From the IMG/VR virus record IMGVR_UViG_3300031975_001631: a stretch of 64,000 bases of DNA. The stretch is one strand, 5' to 3'. Each line of letters opens with the position of its first letter. The first letter of the stretch is position 1. This stretch comes from a virus. Below the pieces are notes generated by a model. It was not told where the DNA came from. It saw nothing but the letters and a program-made list of their open reading frames with translations, and did no database searches. The position numbers and the translations under genes were made by a program. Shown here one piece after another: positions 28,112 through 37,776 of this stretch.

Positions 28112-28449
28112 TACCTTGTTACTCCTGCTCTGACTAGGACCATTCCTTCGACGACCTTATATTTAAATCCGCCAGAGTCTTCAAGTGTCACATCATAAAC
28201 ATATCGCCCTGGTTTAATGTCAGCTGTTAGTGTTGAACCCAGTGAAATTTGGATTTGACCAACTTCGGGGTCAGTAACAGTAGACGCAAAAGATACAGCA
28301 GTAGAACTACCAGCCCACTTCCTCATTTGAGAAGTCGCTGTATAGTTCGTTAGGTTCAAATAAGTGCCTGTGTCGTTATCTCCTAGACTGAAACCGTGTT
28401 GAAAATCAACTCCAGAATCAACTTGAAGGTTAGCAATGTAAACTGCCAT
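28111..28449 (-). CDS. Small virion structural protein (Ig-like/BppU-N-like)
   Basis: LTNYTATSQMRK...GQIQISL...IKPGRYVYDV...VVEGMVLV; TAAATA at 28478-28483. Confidence 0.7.
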   Translation of the reverse strand: MAVYIANLQVDSGVDFQHGFSLGDNDTGTYLNLTNYTATSQMRKWAGSSTAVSFASTVTDPEVGQIQISLGSTLTADIKPGRYVYDVTLEDSGGFKYKVVEGMVLVRAGVTR

Positions 28450-28472
28450 TCTTTACATCACGGATTATCCTA

Positions 28473-28637
28473 TTAGGTATTTAGTTTCCTTAATTCCTGT
28501 AATACCTGATTGAGCGTGAATTTAATTTCTGCAACATCAGCTTTTAGCATATCAATGTCTGAGTGATGCATATCTTGAGTATCATGAGTCTCAAATCCAT
28601 GATACTTTAAAAATTCAGAGTGTGGATTTCTACTCAT
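28473..28637 (-). CDS. 54-aa hypothetical protein, not in ORF track
   Basis: MSRNPHSEFLKYHGF...LKADVAEIKFTLNQVLQELRKLNT; ATGA overlap. Confidence 0.65.
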   Translation of the reverse strand: MSRNPHSEFLKYHGFETHDTQDMHHSDIDMLKADVAEIKFTLNQVLQELRKLNT

Positions 28638-28837
28638 AACTTATCAACAATTTTGGATAACATACTTTTAATATCATCAATATCTTTTTTCATTGAATCA
28701 AGCTCTTTTCTTTCATTTTTCTTTGCATGCTTTTCTCTTAAGTATGAATGATACCCAGAGTCATCGCCATTGACGATGGCTCCGGTATCAGAATCTCTCC
28801 AAAGATTAGAATGCCCTTCAACGGGAATCAAACTCAT
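28634..28837 (-). CDS. Small coiled-coil protein
   Basis: 67 aa; VEGHSNLWRDSDTGAIVN followed by a heptad-like tail. Confidence 0.75.
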   Translation of the reverse strand: MSLIPVEGHSNLWRDSDTGAIVNGDDSGYHSYLREKHAKKNERKELDSMKKDIDDIKSMLSKIVDKL

Positions 28838-31800
28838 GCTACCGCAATTGCTCTCAAATTCTTAATTACAGGATGTTTTGCTTGATTAGTTCCAGTGAAT
28901 ACAATTTTGATTTGTAATCCATTGAAACTTGGCAAATCATCTACAGAGTATGTATATTCTCTGTATTGAGTATCATCAGCACTTACAAAGGAGTCTGACA
29001 TACCATCATTTTGTTTGGGATCAATAACTTGATCACCAATACCATCTCCATCAGTATCAAGAAGATTTCTAAATCCAGGGAATAGTTCAAAATCAGGTGT
29101 TACTTCACTAGAGTCTGTTTTCAGAATACTGTAGAGAACTCTAAACTCACATTCAATTGGTCTGCGAGCTTCAAATATAACTTTAATTGAAGTTGCGGGA
29201 TTCTTAGTATAGATCGGTTGGGACATATAATAAGAAGCATGTGGATCATTAAATCTAGACTTAACTCTAGGATCCGTTCTATAATCAGAAATAGGATTAT
29301 TCAATCTGTTTTCATAGAAGAGTGCATTTGCCCCTTCAAGATTTACAGTAGGTGAATTAAAGCTATCTCCACTATTTGCGAGTTCAACAGTAAACGAGAA
29401 AGATTTGTTTCTAGGTAAAGAACCGAGTCTAACAGACTCATTGGTTCTAGAAGCGACAAGTCTTGTGGTCTCAAGAGTGTTGATTCTATTGAGGTTAAGA
29501 TCTTCAAATCCATTATCGATGAATGAAGTCTCTGATCCATCAGGAGATGTACCTGTAACGCTTCTCATCTGCAATGAGATGAAGTCTGTGGGTCCAAATG
29601 TAGAGGCATCGAGAAGAGGTCTTACAGCGTCAAATTGGATATTTTTAGAAGCATGTACATTTTGACCACCACCAGCAGCTTCTTCTTTGAAAGAAACCTG
29701 AGGAATGTTATTTGAGGTATCATCAACTGATCTACTTGATCCTCTATCAATTTTCAAGTAGTAATCATCAATACCTCTAAGAATACTAGAGACATCATGC
29801 TCAGCATTAATCCTTCTCAAAGAAACGCCGTTGTACTCATACTTTTGAATAATGTCATCTTTAAGATGATTCAATGCATTAGTTGCATCTACACCTCTTA
29901 CAACGCCACCCAAACTAGAAATGCCAACACTTGTATACGAAAGGATCTCACTGTTGATAAATGCATATCCAGTATTTGCTGCACTAACTACCGCACCCTC
30001 AAAGGTATTGAATTGTGATGTTGATGCTACAGAAATAGCGGTTTCATTCGATAATACATCTACGGTTAGTTCAGTAGGTACAACATCAGATTCCACATCA
30101 GAAAGAATAACCCTATTCAAAGAACTATGCATACCATGATTACGGTGAGATAGTCTGAAGTACTCTCCAGTGTAAACACTTCCGGTCGCATCAAAACTTA
30201 CAATATCCAAACCAGTTGCAATTATGCTACCAGATGCATGATTGTATGTAACTTCATTGCCTGGTGCAACATCAAAAGTTTGTGCTTGAACATCTGTCAA
30301 ATACAGAGTATCGATACCTCCAAGAGAGTTGATACCAATACGAACACCAGAACCAGATCCTCCCATAGATGCAGTTTGAAGACCAACTACATCACCAACT
30401 TTGTATCCTCTACCAGAAGATGCAATAGAAACTGCAGTAATAGCTGAGATGCCAGCACCGACAGTTGCGGTTAATGTGAGTCCATCACCATCACCATTGA
30501 TGTTATATGTTGGTACAACAGCAGATGGTGTACCATAGTTACTACCACCATTAAGAATTCCAACAGTTCCTAAGACTGGACCACCTTTAGTTTCAATGTG
30601 CCCATAACGGAATGTAGATGTTTGCTCGCTAATTTTTCTACCAGGAGTAAATACCGTACCAATTAATCCAGAATTGGATGTGGTGACAATACCAAGCTTT
30701 CCTTTTTTAGGGACACCTACAATTGGATCAAATCCTAGTGGAGGAAGAAGACCATTATTTGGTTCGATCGGTGGGTTGAAGAATGTCAACAGACCTTGTT
30801 CGGCAGTATAATCCGCTCTATACAAAGTAAATGTAAGGTCTTCAAACTGTGTGGGTGTCCAAGTGGCACCGTTTTGTGACTTGAACAGAGAACCCATTGC
30901 AAATTGCTGGGAGTAAATCTTACCCTTAGCAGCTGGAAGAGATTGAGCGTTCAAAGCTTTTTGACCCATTTCACCACAATATACCTCATACTCATCACTA
31001 TCTGACAAGATAACGATGGCATAAGATTCGTCTGGATCTAAGTAGAAAGGAGTGTCAAATTTAATGTTAGTTGCAACCGATCCATCGGCAGATGTTGTAA
31101 TATCCGAAGGGCGAATAGTTGCTTGAGCAGCTCTATCAATAACGAATAGAGTTGGAGTACCCAGTTCAACTGTTCTAACTTCAACCCTTACTGGAGTTGT
31201 TCCTTGATTCTTAGATGCAAAGAATAGATCAAGCGATGTAATCCAAGCTCCTTCTGGTCCAGTCACAATCGTTTGTGCCAGAGGGTCTCTTCTTCTTACA
31301 CGGACAACACGAGTTCTATTAATAACTCTAGTACGGTTTCTAATAATCGTTCTAGTTCTATCAATAACTCTAGTATTATTGATGATTACTGGCGGTGGTG
31401 GTGGAGGAGGACTTGGAATTGTTCCTCTAATATCAATCGTAGAAAGATTGGTAATAGTTGTAGTTTCAAGAGTAGTAATTCTAATATCAGTTTGAACTAC
31501 TCTCGTTGTACCAGTCGCAGTATAGCGACCTGTTGCATGAGAGATTAAAGTAGATCCTGGTAATGGATTTGCATTAGTTTGACTAGAAGTTAATCTAAAG
31601 TCTCTATTGCCTGATCTAATCCTAACCTGTGGTGTAGGTGTCTGATTAGGGTCTCTTAAGAAGATAGAACCAATAAGATCACCAAAGTCATCAGATACTA
31701 GTCTTACACCTGCTACAGTCGCTTGAGCGCCGCTTGTAAGACCTCTCATTACCATTCCGGTAGGAGCAAATCCAAAGAAGGCACCTTGTGCCTGAGCAGC

Positions 31801-34800
31801 TAATGAAGTGGTGTCGATGTTTAAAACAGTTGATGCTTGAGAGTATCCATTTGGAAGAGTGGCTGCAGGACTATATGGGTTAACCGTGAATGTTTCTGTA
31901 GGAGCATTGAATGGTCCTTTCTTATGGTTTGGAGCAGCTAATCTAAATTCAAAAACAGTAGCGCCAATTGTTCCGCGAATTGTTTCTCCAATTTGGAAGG
32001 AACCAGAAACACTACTGACTTCCAATAACTTAGGAATGATATCAACTCCACCCTGATTATCAAAGAAAGGATAAAAATTAGTAAATGGTTTTAAACCAAT
32101 AGCAGCGAATTCGATATTTCTAGAACGACAGAAAGGATCGAAAGTTTCTTCTGCAATAAAGGTGTTTTCAGACCTAATGTCATCTCTCTGTACCGTTCTA
32201 CCAACTTCTCTGGTACTTACAGAAGCAGAACCACCAAGAGCTCCACCTCTAGTCAAACTAAAGTTCGCAGCAACTTGATTATTGAATACTGTAATACCAA
32301 TAGTATTACGAATAACATTCTGAGTCTCTCTGGTATTAATCCAGTTATCTAATGAAGGATTAAGCTTTAGTTCACCTGTAAATGCAACAACATGGAATGG
32401 ATTGATGTTATTGACTTTGGTTGCAAATTCTTGCTTGATGTATTCTTTTTCTTGATACTTGAGTGATAACAAATTACCCGTCTTTTGGGTATTTGCATCA
32501 TCTAACAATAAGAAATTAGAGCTAAAGTCAATCTGGGATACTGGAATATCATCTTTAGGTGCAACCTGAAGTGCCGAAGAATCAAATTCTCTCAGTGGTC
32601 TTAGTTCGCCAAGATCTCTATCAATCTCACATGGTGAGCTTGGATGCATGAAATCAAAAGTCTTAAAGTTGTCAACAAAGAATCCAGATTTGAATCTTGT
32701 AAGACCTTGGGAATCTCTAATTTGTAGAGACTCAGCACTCTTCTCTAAAAGATTGAGACTGGTAACAACTTCTAGATTTTCCACTCGGTCGGCAAGATCT
32801 CCAATATCTCTCATCGTATAACGACGATTATCTTTGAGATAAACTCTTGCTTCCTGAGTATCTCTAAGGTATGCTGGAAGAAGGACTGTCCCAACTTCCA
32901 TCCCTTTACCAGATACTACTGGAGGAATTGGTTGTCTAGCCGGTTTACCTTTAATAAGATCAAAATTGCCATCTTGAAGTAATACTAGTTTGTCAATTCT
33001 AGGAAGATAGAAGTCATAGTCAAAAGTCATTGACTCGTTAGGAGTCAAGATTCTATCTGGTTTCCCTACAAAATCTCTAGATGTATAGAAGAAAGGAGAC
33101 TCTGATGCTGAAGCTGGATTATATGATGCAACTCTAGGTCTAAAATCTAGAACATCATGGGCTTCAATGCGAGAAGGTCCAATTTGGGGAATATCTTTTT
33201 TATATCTTTCTTCATCATAACTATTAACTGTGAATACATCTCCAGTGTCTCCACTAGGAACATCATATCTGTTGTAAATAATAGTAAGTTGTCTATGAGG
33301 AATATATGCTCCTCTATTTCTTACGACTCTAGAGTAATCGTAATATTGATTTCTTTGTCCCTTGTCTAGCAAGTAGCTAGAAGTGACATCTCTATATTTT
33401 CCAGGAGCAGTTCCTTGCAGAACAGCTGTAGTATTTGACTCCTCAAAATTTAAAGGTTCTAATGTTGCAAATCTATCTCTAGTCAGATATACAACACTGA
33501 TTTGATTATTACCAGCATCAATAGAAATTACCTTTGCAATTGCATTAGTTGAAGTGCCAAAAATATTTTCCCCAATAATAGCACTAGTAAATACATCATC
33601 AGTAGATGTGAAATTTAATTTGTCTAAAATAGGAGCAGATGCATCCAGTGATTCATAGATAGCTATGATATCAGTAGCATCTGGTTCATTGAGAGAAATA
33701 TCTCTATCCTGAACTCTTAATCCATAAAGATCACTATGATTAAGTCCATCATTAACACTCGTAGATGGGTCACTTCCAGATCTTCTATTGGTTGATCTAG
33801 TTACTGATACTTGCTGACATCGTTTGAATTCTTTTACTTTATTTTTAATATTTGATTTAATAACAGTGACATTAACTGTCATTCCAGTTTGTGAAGGATT
33901 GAGTCCAGTAATTGTAAGTTGTGTTGGACTTACTGTTACTTGATCTTCTTCAATTACAGCAATAGTTCCGTTAGAATATTGTGCTTGATATCTCTCTTCA
34001 TCAAAAGCTGCAAATGACGCATCATTAAGATCTACAGAAGCAATAGGAAGAATTAATTGACCAAGCGAATTTGTAGATTCATTCTGAACCTGTGCAGAAA
34101 GCAATAATGAAGATCCAGTAAAATCAACATTAGAAATATTGAGATCTGGTAGAACAGTAATCAAAGATGCATTTTCGTTGCTACTATCTTGAGCTCCAAG
34201 TGAAATTTCACCAACATACCCATTAACACCACCATCAAACAAATTTGCAACTGTTGTCATAGCTCCAACAGTCATTGACTGAAGATCTGAAGCAATCGAA
34301 GTTACAACATTTTGAAACTGAGTCTGTGTGCCGTTCTTAGTGTCGGTATACCTAATAATATCACCGGCTTTGAATCTTTGGAAACTATCGATTCTAGGAG
34401 CAGTTACTGTTGCCCCAGCACCAGATACTGCAATGGTTACCTGACCAGTTCCCAATCTAGGAGGAATTCTATCGTTGAGCTTCTTGTTAGCTGCAAAACT
34501 ACTACCACTCTGAGCAAACGAGAAAACATCGTTAATACCATAACTAGTGATTGACTCAATAGTTCTAGGAGATTCTTCAGAACCATTAATTAAGATTGGT
34601 TCGCCTACTCTAAAAGAACCAGATGTTTGGGTAACTTGGATTGAACTAGAACCAGCACCTGCAGCAACTGCAAATGCATTAGCCCCACTTTCTTTACCAA
34701 CAATAAATGCCGATTTAATTAGTTCTGTGGCGCTTACATTATCACTGAGTTTTAAGTTCGTATATGTTTGAACATCGTACAAATACAGATTAAATTCTGT

Positions 34801-36156
34801 AGATGCGTCTTCATACTTCTGATCTCTTAATCCAAAATTATATACCTTAGCATCACCAATTTTATTAGAAGTTCCTGCCACAAGTCTTGTGGAACTCTCA
34901 AATGGACCACTAAACAGATCAATTCTGTTGGTAAAAGTTGTAATACCAGTTATATTATTTACAATAAATTTATTTCCCATCTCAAATGGGAATGATTTGC
35001 CTTTTACTTCTTGAGTTTCTCTAGGTTTGAAGAAATCAAGTACCGTAGGACCATCAGTTGATACATCATATCCGTTAACATATGCCTTACCAGCACTAAT
35101 TTTTAAGCAGGCAAGATCTTCATCTGGGGTATTTCCATCAAAAGTTGTTTGATCTGAGAAATAAACGCCGTCATTACCTTGTCTATCGTTAAGACATTCG
35201 GTAACATCTAATAGGAACTTATTGACAGTATAGTTACCAGACTCATCAAAAGTTCTTCCTGCGAGATAATCTCTAATTTTTGAATATTCTGTCTCTTTTT
35301 TAATGACTAAAACTTCGCCATTATTGACACGAACAACCTCTACAAAATCAGTGTCATTAAAATCTGTAATAGGTTTCTTACTAAGAACTAGATTAATTCT
35401 TAGTCTATCGGCACCAGGTGCAGCAAAGTTAGAAAATCCCTTGGCATTATCATAAAGAGACTCGTCTCCTTTTGCAGATACCGTTGTTTCAATTACACTA
35501 AGACCAACTCTGAAAGTGGGTTGAGAGCTGTACTGGTCTAAAATAATAGTCTGTTTTTTTACTTTTACAAAATTACCTCTAACAAAGATAATTCCTTCAT
35601 CAATAGAAACAGAAGATCCAATGGTGCATGAATTTAGATCAATCGTAGATGCAAAAGTACCACCAACATTAATTGTAGTGTTACCATATGTAAAAGAATC
35701 TTCTGTGACTAAAATTTCAGAGTCATTAAAGAAATTAAAATCTCCAGTAAGTGAAGAGTTAATATATTTTACAAAGAATGTATCATAATCATTATCAGAC
35801 TCGGAAGCACTAATAAAATTAATTACTTTTGCAGTAACACCAGTGGTTTGACCCCTAATAGTCTTACCAATAACCTTACTAGCATATACTCCAATATCAA
35901 CACCGAGGTGAGTTGGATTTACTTGGACAGCATAATACTGTCCATCAAATGTCACAGACCCAGGAACGACAATCGATCCTTCCTTGAAGATATGACTACC
36001 AAATTTTTCTACTTGATTTTGTAGAATAGATTGTAAGGTAGTAAGCTCTCTAGCTTGTACAGGGAATCCCGGCTTAAAAAGGACACGATGATAACCCTTT
36101 TCAGGATCAAAATCATCATAGTATGGACTTACATTGAGATTAGTCTGTGTTGGCAT
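28834..36156 (-). CDS. Large virion/baseplate protein, DUF4815 (VrlC-like)
   Basis: 2440 aa; NLNVSPYYDDFD...LFKPGFPVQARELTTLQSILQNQ, RTFDESGNY, RRYTMRDIGDL, RFKSGFFVDNF, DPLAQT. Confidence 0.88.
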   Translation of the reverse strand: MPTQTNLNVSPYYDDFDPEKGYHRVLFKPGFPVQARELTTLQSILQNQVEKFGSHIFKEGSIVVPGSVTFDGQYYAVQVNPTHLGVDIGVYASKVIGKTIRGQTTGVTAKVINFISASESDNDYDTFFVKYINSSLTGDFNFFNDSEILVTEDSFTYGNTTINVGGTFASTIDLNSCTIGSSVSIDEGIIFVRGNFVKVKKQTIILDQYSSQPTFRVGLSVIETTVSAKGDESLYDNAKGFSNFAAPGADRLRINLVLSKKPITDFNDTDFVEVVRVNNGEVLVIKKETEYSKIRDYLAGRTFDESGNYTVNKFLLDVTECLNDRQGNDGVYFSDQTTFDGNTPDEDLACLKISAGKAYVNGYDVSTDGPTVLDFFKPRETQEVKGKSFPFEMGNKFIVNNITGITTFTNRIDLFSGPFESSTRLVAGTSNKIGDAKVYNFGLRDQKYEDASTEFNLYLYDVQTYTNLKLSDNVSATELIKSAFIVGKESGANAFAVAAGAGSSSIQVTQTSGSFRVGEPILINGSEESPRTIESITSYGINDVFSFAQSGSSFAANKKLNDRIPPRLGTGQVTIAVSGAGATVTAPRIDSFQRFKAGDIIRYTDTKNGTQTQFQNVVTSIASDLQSMTVGAMTTVANLFDGGVNGYVGEISLGAQDSSNENASLITVLPDLNISNVDFTGSSLLLSAQVQNESTNSLGQLILPIASVDLNDASFAAFDEERYQAQYSNGTIAVIEEDQVTVSPTQLTITGLNPSQTGMTVNVTVIKSNIKNKVKEFKRCQQVSVTRSTNRRSGSDPSTSVNDGLNHSDLYGLRVQDRDISLNEPDATDIIAIYESLDASAPILDKLNFTSTDDVFTSAIIGENIFGTSTNAIAKVISIDAGNNQISVVYLTRDRFATLEPLNFEESNTTAVLQGTAPGKYRDVTSSYLLDKGQRNQYYDYSRVVRNRGAYIPHRQLTIIYNRYDVPSGDTGDVFTVNSYDEERYKKDIPQIGPSRIEAHDVLDFRPRVASYNPASASESPFFYTSRDFVGKPDRILTPNESMTFDYDFYLPRIDKLVLLQDGNFDLIKGKPARQPIPPVVSGKGMEVGTVLLPAYLRDTQEARVYLKDNRRYTMRDIGDLADRVENLEVVTSLNLLEKSAESLQIRDSQGLTRFKSGFFVDNFKTFDFMHPSSPCEIDRDLGELRPLREFDSSALQVAPKDDIPVSQIDFSSNFLLLDDANTQKTGNLLSLKYQEKEYIKQEFATKVNNINPFHVVAFTGELKLNPSLDNWINTRETQNVIRNTIGITVFNNQVAANFSLTRGGALGGSASVSTREVGRTVQRDDIRSENTFIAEETFDPFCRSRNIEFAAIGLKPFTNFYPFFDNQGGVDIIPKLLEVSSVSGSFQIGETIRGTIGATVFEFRLAAPNHKKGPFNAPTETFTVNPYSPAATLPNGYSQASTVLNIDTTSLAAQAQGAFFGFAPTGMVMRGLTSGAQATVAGVRLVSDDFGDLIGSIFLRDPNQTPTPQVRIRSGNRDFRLTSSQTNANPLPGSTLISHATGRYTATGTTRVVQTDIRITTLETTTITNLSTIDIRGTIPSPPPPPPPVIINNTRVIDRTRTIIRNRTRVINRTRVVRVRRRDPLAQTIVTGPEGAWITSLDLFFASKNQGTTPVRVEVRTVELGTPTLFVIDRAAQATIRPSDITTSADGSVATNIKFDTPFYLDPDESYAIVILSDSDEYEVYCGEMGQKALNAQSLPAAKGKIYSQQFAMGSLFKSQNGATWTPTQFEDLTFTLYRADYTAEQGLLTFFNPPIEPNNGLLPPLGFDPIVGVPKKGKLGIVTTSNSGLIGTVFTPGRKISEQTSTFRYGHIETKGGPVLGTVGILNGGSNYGTPSAVVPTYNINGDGDGLTLTATVGAGISAITAVSIASSGRGYKVGDVVGLQTASMGGSGSGVRIGINSLGGIDTLYLTDVQAQTFDVAPGNEVTYNHASGSIIATGLDIVSFDATGSVYTGEYFRLSHRNHGMHSSLNRVILSDVESDVVPTELTVDVLSNETAISVASTSQFNTFEGAVVSAANTGYAFINSEILSYTSVGISSLGGVVRGVDATNALNHLKDDIIQKYEYNGVSLRRINAEHDVSSILRGIDDYYLKIDRGSSRSVDDTSNNIPQVSFKEEAAGGGQNVHASKNIQFDAVRPLLDASTFGPTDFISLQMRSVTGTSPDGSETSFIDNGFEDLNLNRINTLETTRLVASRTNESVRLGSLPRNKSFSFTVELANSGDSFNSPTVNLEGANALFYENRLNNPISDYRTDPRVKSRFNDPHASYYMSQPIYTKNPATSIKVIFEARRPIECEFRVLYSILKTDSSEVTPDFELFPGFRNLLDTDGDGIGDQVIDPKQNDGMSDSFVSADDTQYREYTYSVDDLPSFNGLQIKIVFTGTNQAKHPVIKNLRAIAVA

Positions 36157-36160
36157 CTTC

Positions 36161-37735
36161 TTAGAATTCTAAAACGATTTTAATGTCTTCTTTTTGACGC
36201 TCGTTCCTAGCAATAGATGGCCTATTGTCAAGATAAAGTATCTCACCAGTCCTTTTATTTATTTCTTCTGGAGCAAGACCGTTTGTAAACTGTACTCCTA
36301 GGTCAACAACTTTACCTGATGGGGTAGTTGTTGAAATGCCGGTAAATCCAGAGTCGATGTTTACACTGAAACCACTTGGACCCGTAACAGCATTTCCTGT
36401 GGCAGAAAATGGAATTACATCAGCATCTCCACCAACACCCAAACTATCGGTTGCATCATATAGACTAGGGTTGAGATAAAGGTTTCTATCTTGGAAATAC
36501 TTAATTACTTTTGTACTTGTATCGTAAGAAGCAACATAAGCTTTTGCAGTGCCAACGCCAGAAATATTCTGTGTAATTTCAGAACCAATTGCAAGAGTTT
36601 GTACAGTACTACCACTAAATTTGAGTGATTTAGTAGATGAAAACTCAGATGTATTGATAATCGCTGTAGATCCAGCACCAGCAGCGATTGGGTTCTTAAT
36701 TACCCCAAGTTGCGAAAATGTAGTATCAGAAATAAAGTCATAAGAAGAACTATCAAATCTAGAATAGATAAGAACTTTATCTGTTCCTAATTCTTTATAT
36801 AAATCAAATCCATGTCCTCTTGATGGAGGGATAATCGGGGTCAGTTTAGCAAATTTTGTAGCTCCATTATTAATAGACGAAAGATTGACTCTTCCAAAAC
36901 TATACCCTTGTCCACCAGTAGTTACAATTGCAGAAATAATTTGACCGTTTGTATTTGTTTGAACTCTGACTTTGCCCCCAGTTCCATCTCCTAGAATATC
37001 CAATTCTACTGGGGACGATAAGAATGAGTATCCTTCACCCTGTTCGTCAATCGATACAACTTTAATTTGATTATTATTTAACTGAGAATCTCCATTATCT
37101 CTTACAACTTTAACTTCATTTTCAGTAGAAGTGTTCCATTCGTTAGGAACAGCTACATATTCGGTTGAGTCGAACTTGACAATATCAGCGGGAGGAACAG
37201 TAAAGAGGTACTTCCATAGATAACCGTCGCCACTCGTCCCAGCTGCGGATGGTTCCAAATCAGTAAATGTCGGTTCATCTAACGAGGCGTTTGCTGAAGA
37301 TGTAATTCCGGCAGAACCATTATTAATACAAATATAGACCCTAAAGTCTTTATTCATAATGTAATAGTTTGCAGAGTAAAGTCTACTGGAGTTAGATACT
37401 AATGATCTATTATTAGTATCATAATCGTGTCGGTACATATCATAAGATGTACCTTTTGTCCACTGAACTTTACGAATCAATCTTCGCACATCACCAGGCA
37501 ACACTTTTCTTCCGAAAAGCATGGTATCATAAACATGATTAACATAGCTAATATTATCAATAGGTGCTGGTGGTTGAACCGTAGTGCTATTCCAGGTACT
37601 AGTTCTTCCATAACCCGCGATAGTCGGGTTTGCAAGACTCAAAAAGGTAAAATATGAATTAGTACCGCTAAGTATGGAGTCTACAAAGTTATTCGCATTA
37701 ATGACCCTGAACTGGTCGGTGATAATGGCTGCCAT
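36161..37735 (-). CDS. gp8: Baseplate wedge subunit
   Basis: WTKGTSYDMYRHDY, YICINNG, GDGYLWKYLF, GEILYLDNRPSIAR...EDIKIVLEF. Confidence 0.93.
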   Translation of the reverse strand: MAAIITDQFRVINANNFVDSILSGTNSYFTFLSLANPTIAGYGRTSTWNSTTVQPPAPIDNISYVNHVYDTMLFGRKVLPGDVRRLIRKVQWTKGTSYDMYRHDYDTNNRSLVSNSSRLYSANYYIMNKDFRVYICINNGSAGITSSANASLDEPTFTDLEPSAAGTSGDGYLWKYLFTVPPADIVKFDSTEYVAVPNEWNTSTENEVKVVRDNGDSQLNNNQIKVVSIDEQGEGYSFLSSPVELDILGDGTGGKVRVQTNTNGQIISAIVTTGGQGYSFGRVNLSSINNGATKFAKLTPIIPPSRGHGFDLYKELGTDKVLIYSRFDSSSYDFISDTTFSQLGVIKNPIAAGAGSTAIINTSEFSSTKSLKFSGSTVQTLAIGSEITQNISGVGTAKAYVASYDTSTKVIKYFQDRNLYLNPSLYDATDSLGVGGDADVIPFSATGNAVTGPSGFSVNIDSGFTGISTTTPSGKVVDLGVQFTNGLAPEEINKRTGEILYLDNRPSIARNERQKEDIKIVLEF

Positions 37736-37768
37736 TATGATGAACGGGCGGAAGGTCTAACTTTTCTG

Positions 37769-37776
37769 TATTTATA
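37769..37776 (-). promoter_or_regulatory. Late promoter TATAAATA
   Basis: Perfect consensus overlapping the gp7 stop, upstream of gp8. Confidence 0.8.
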
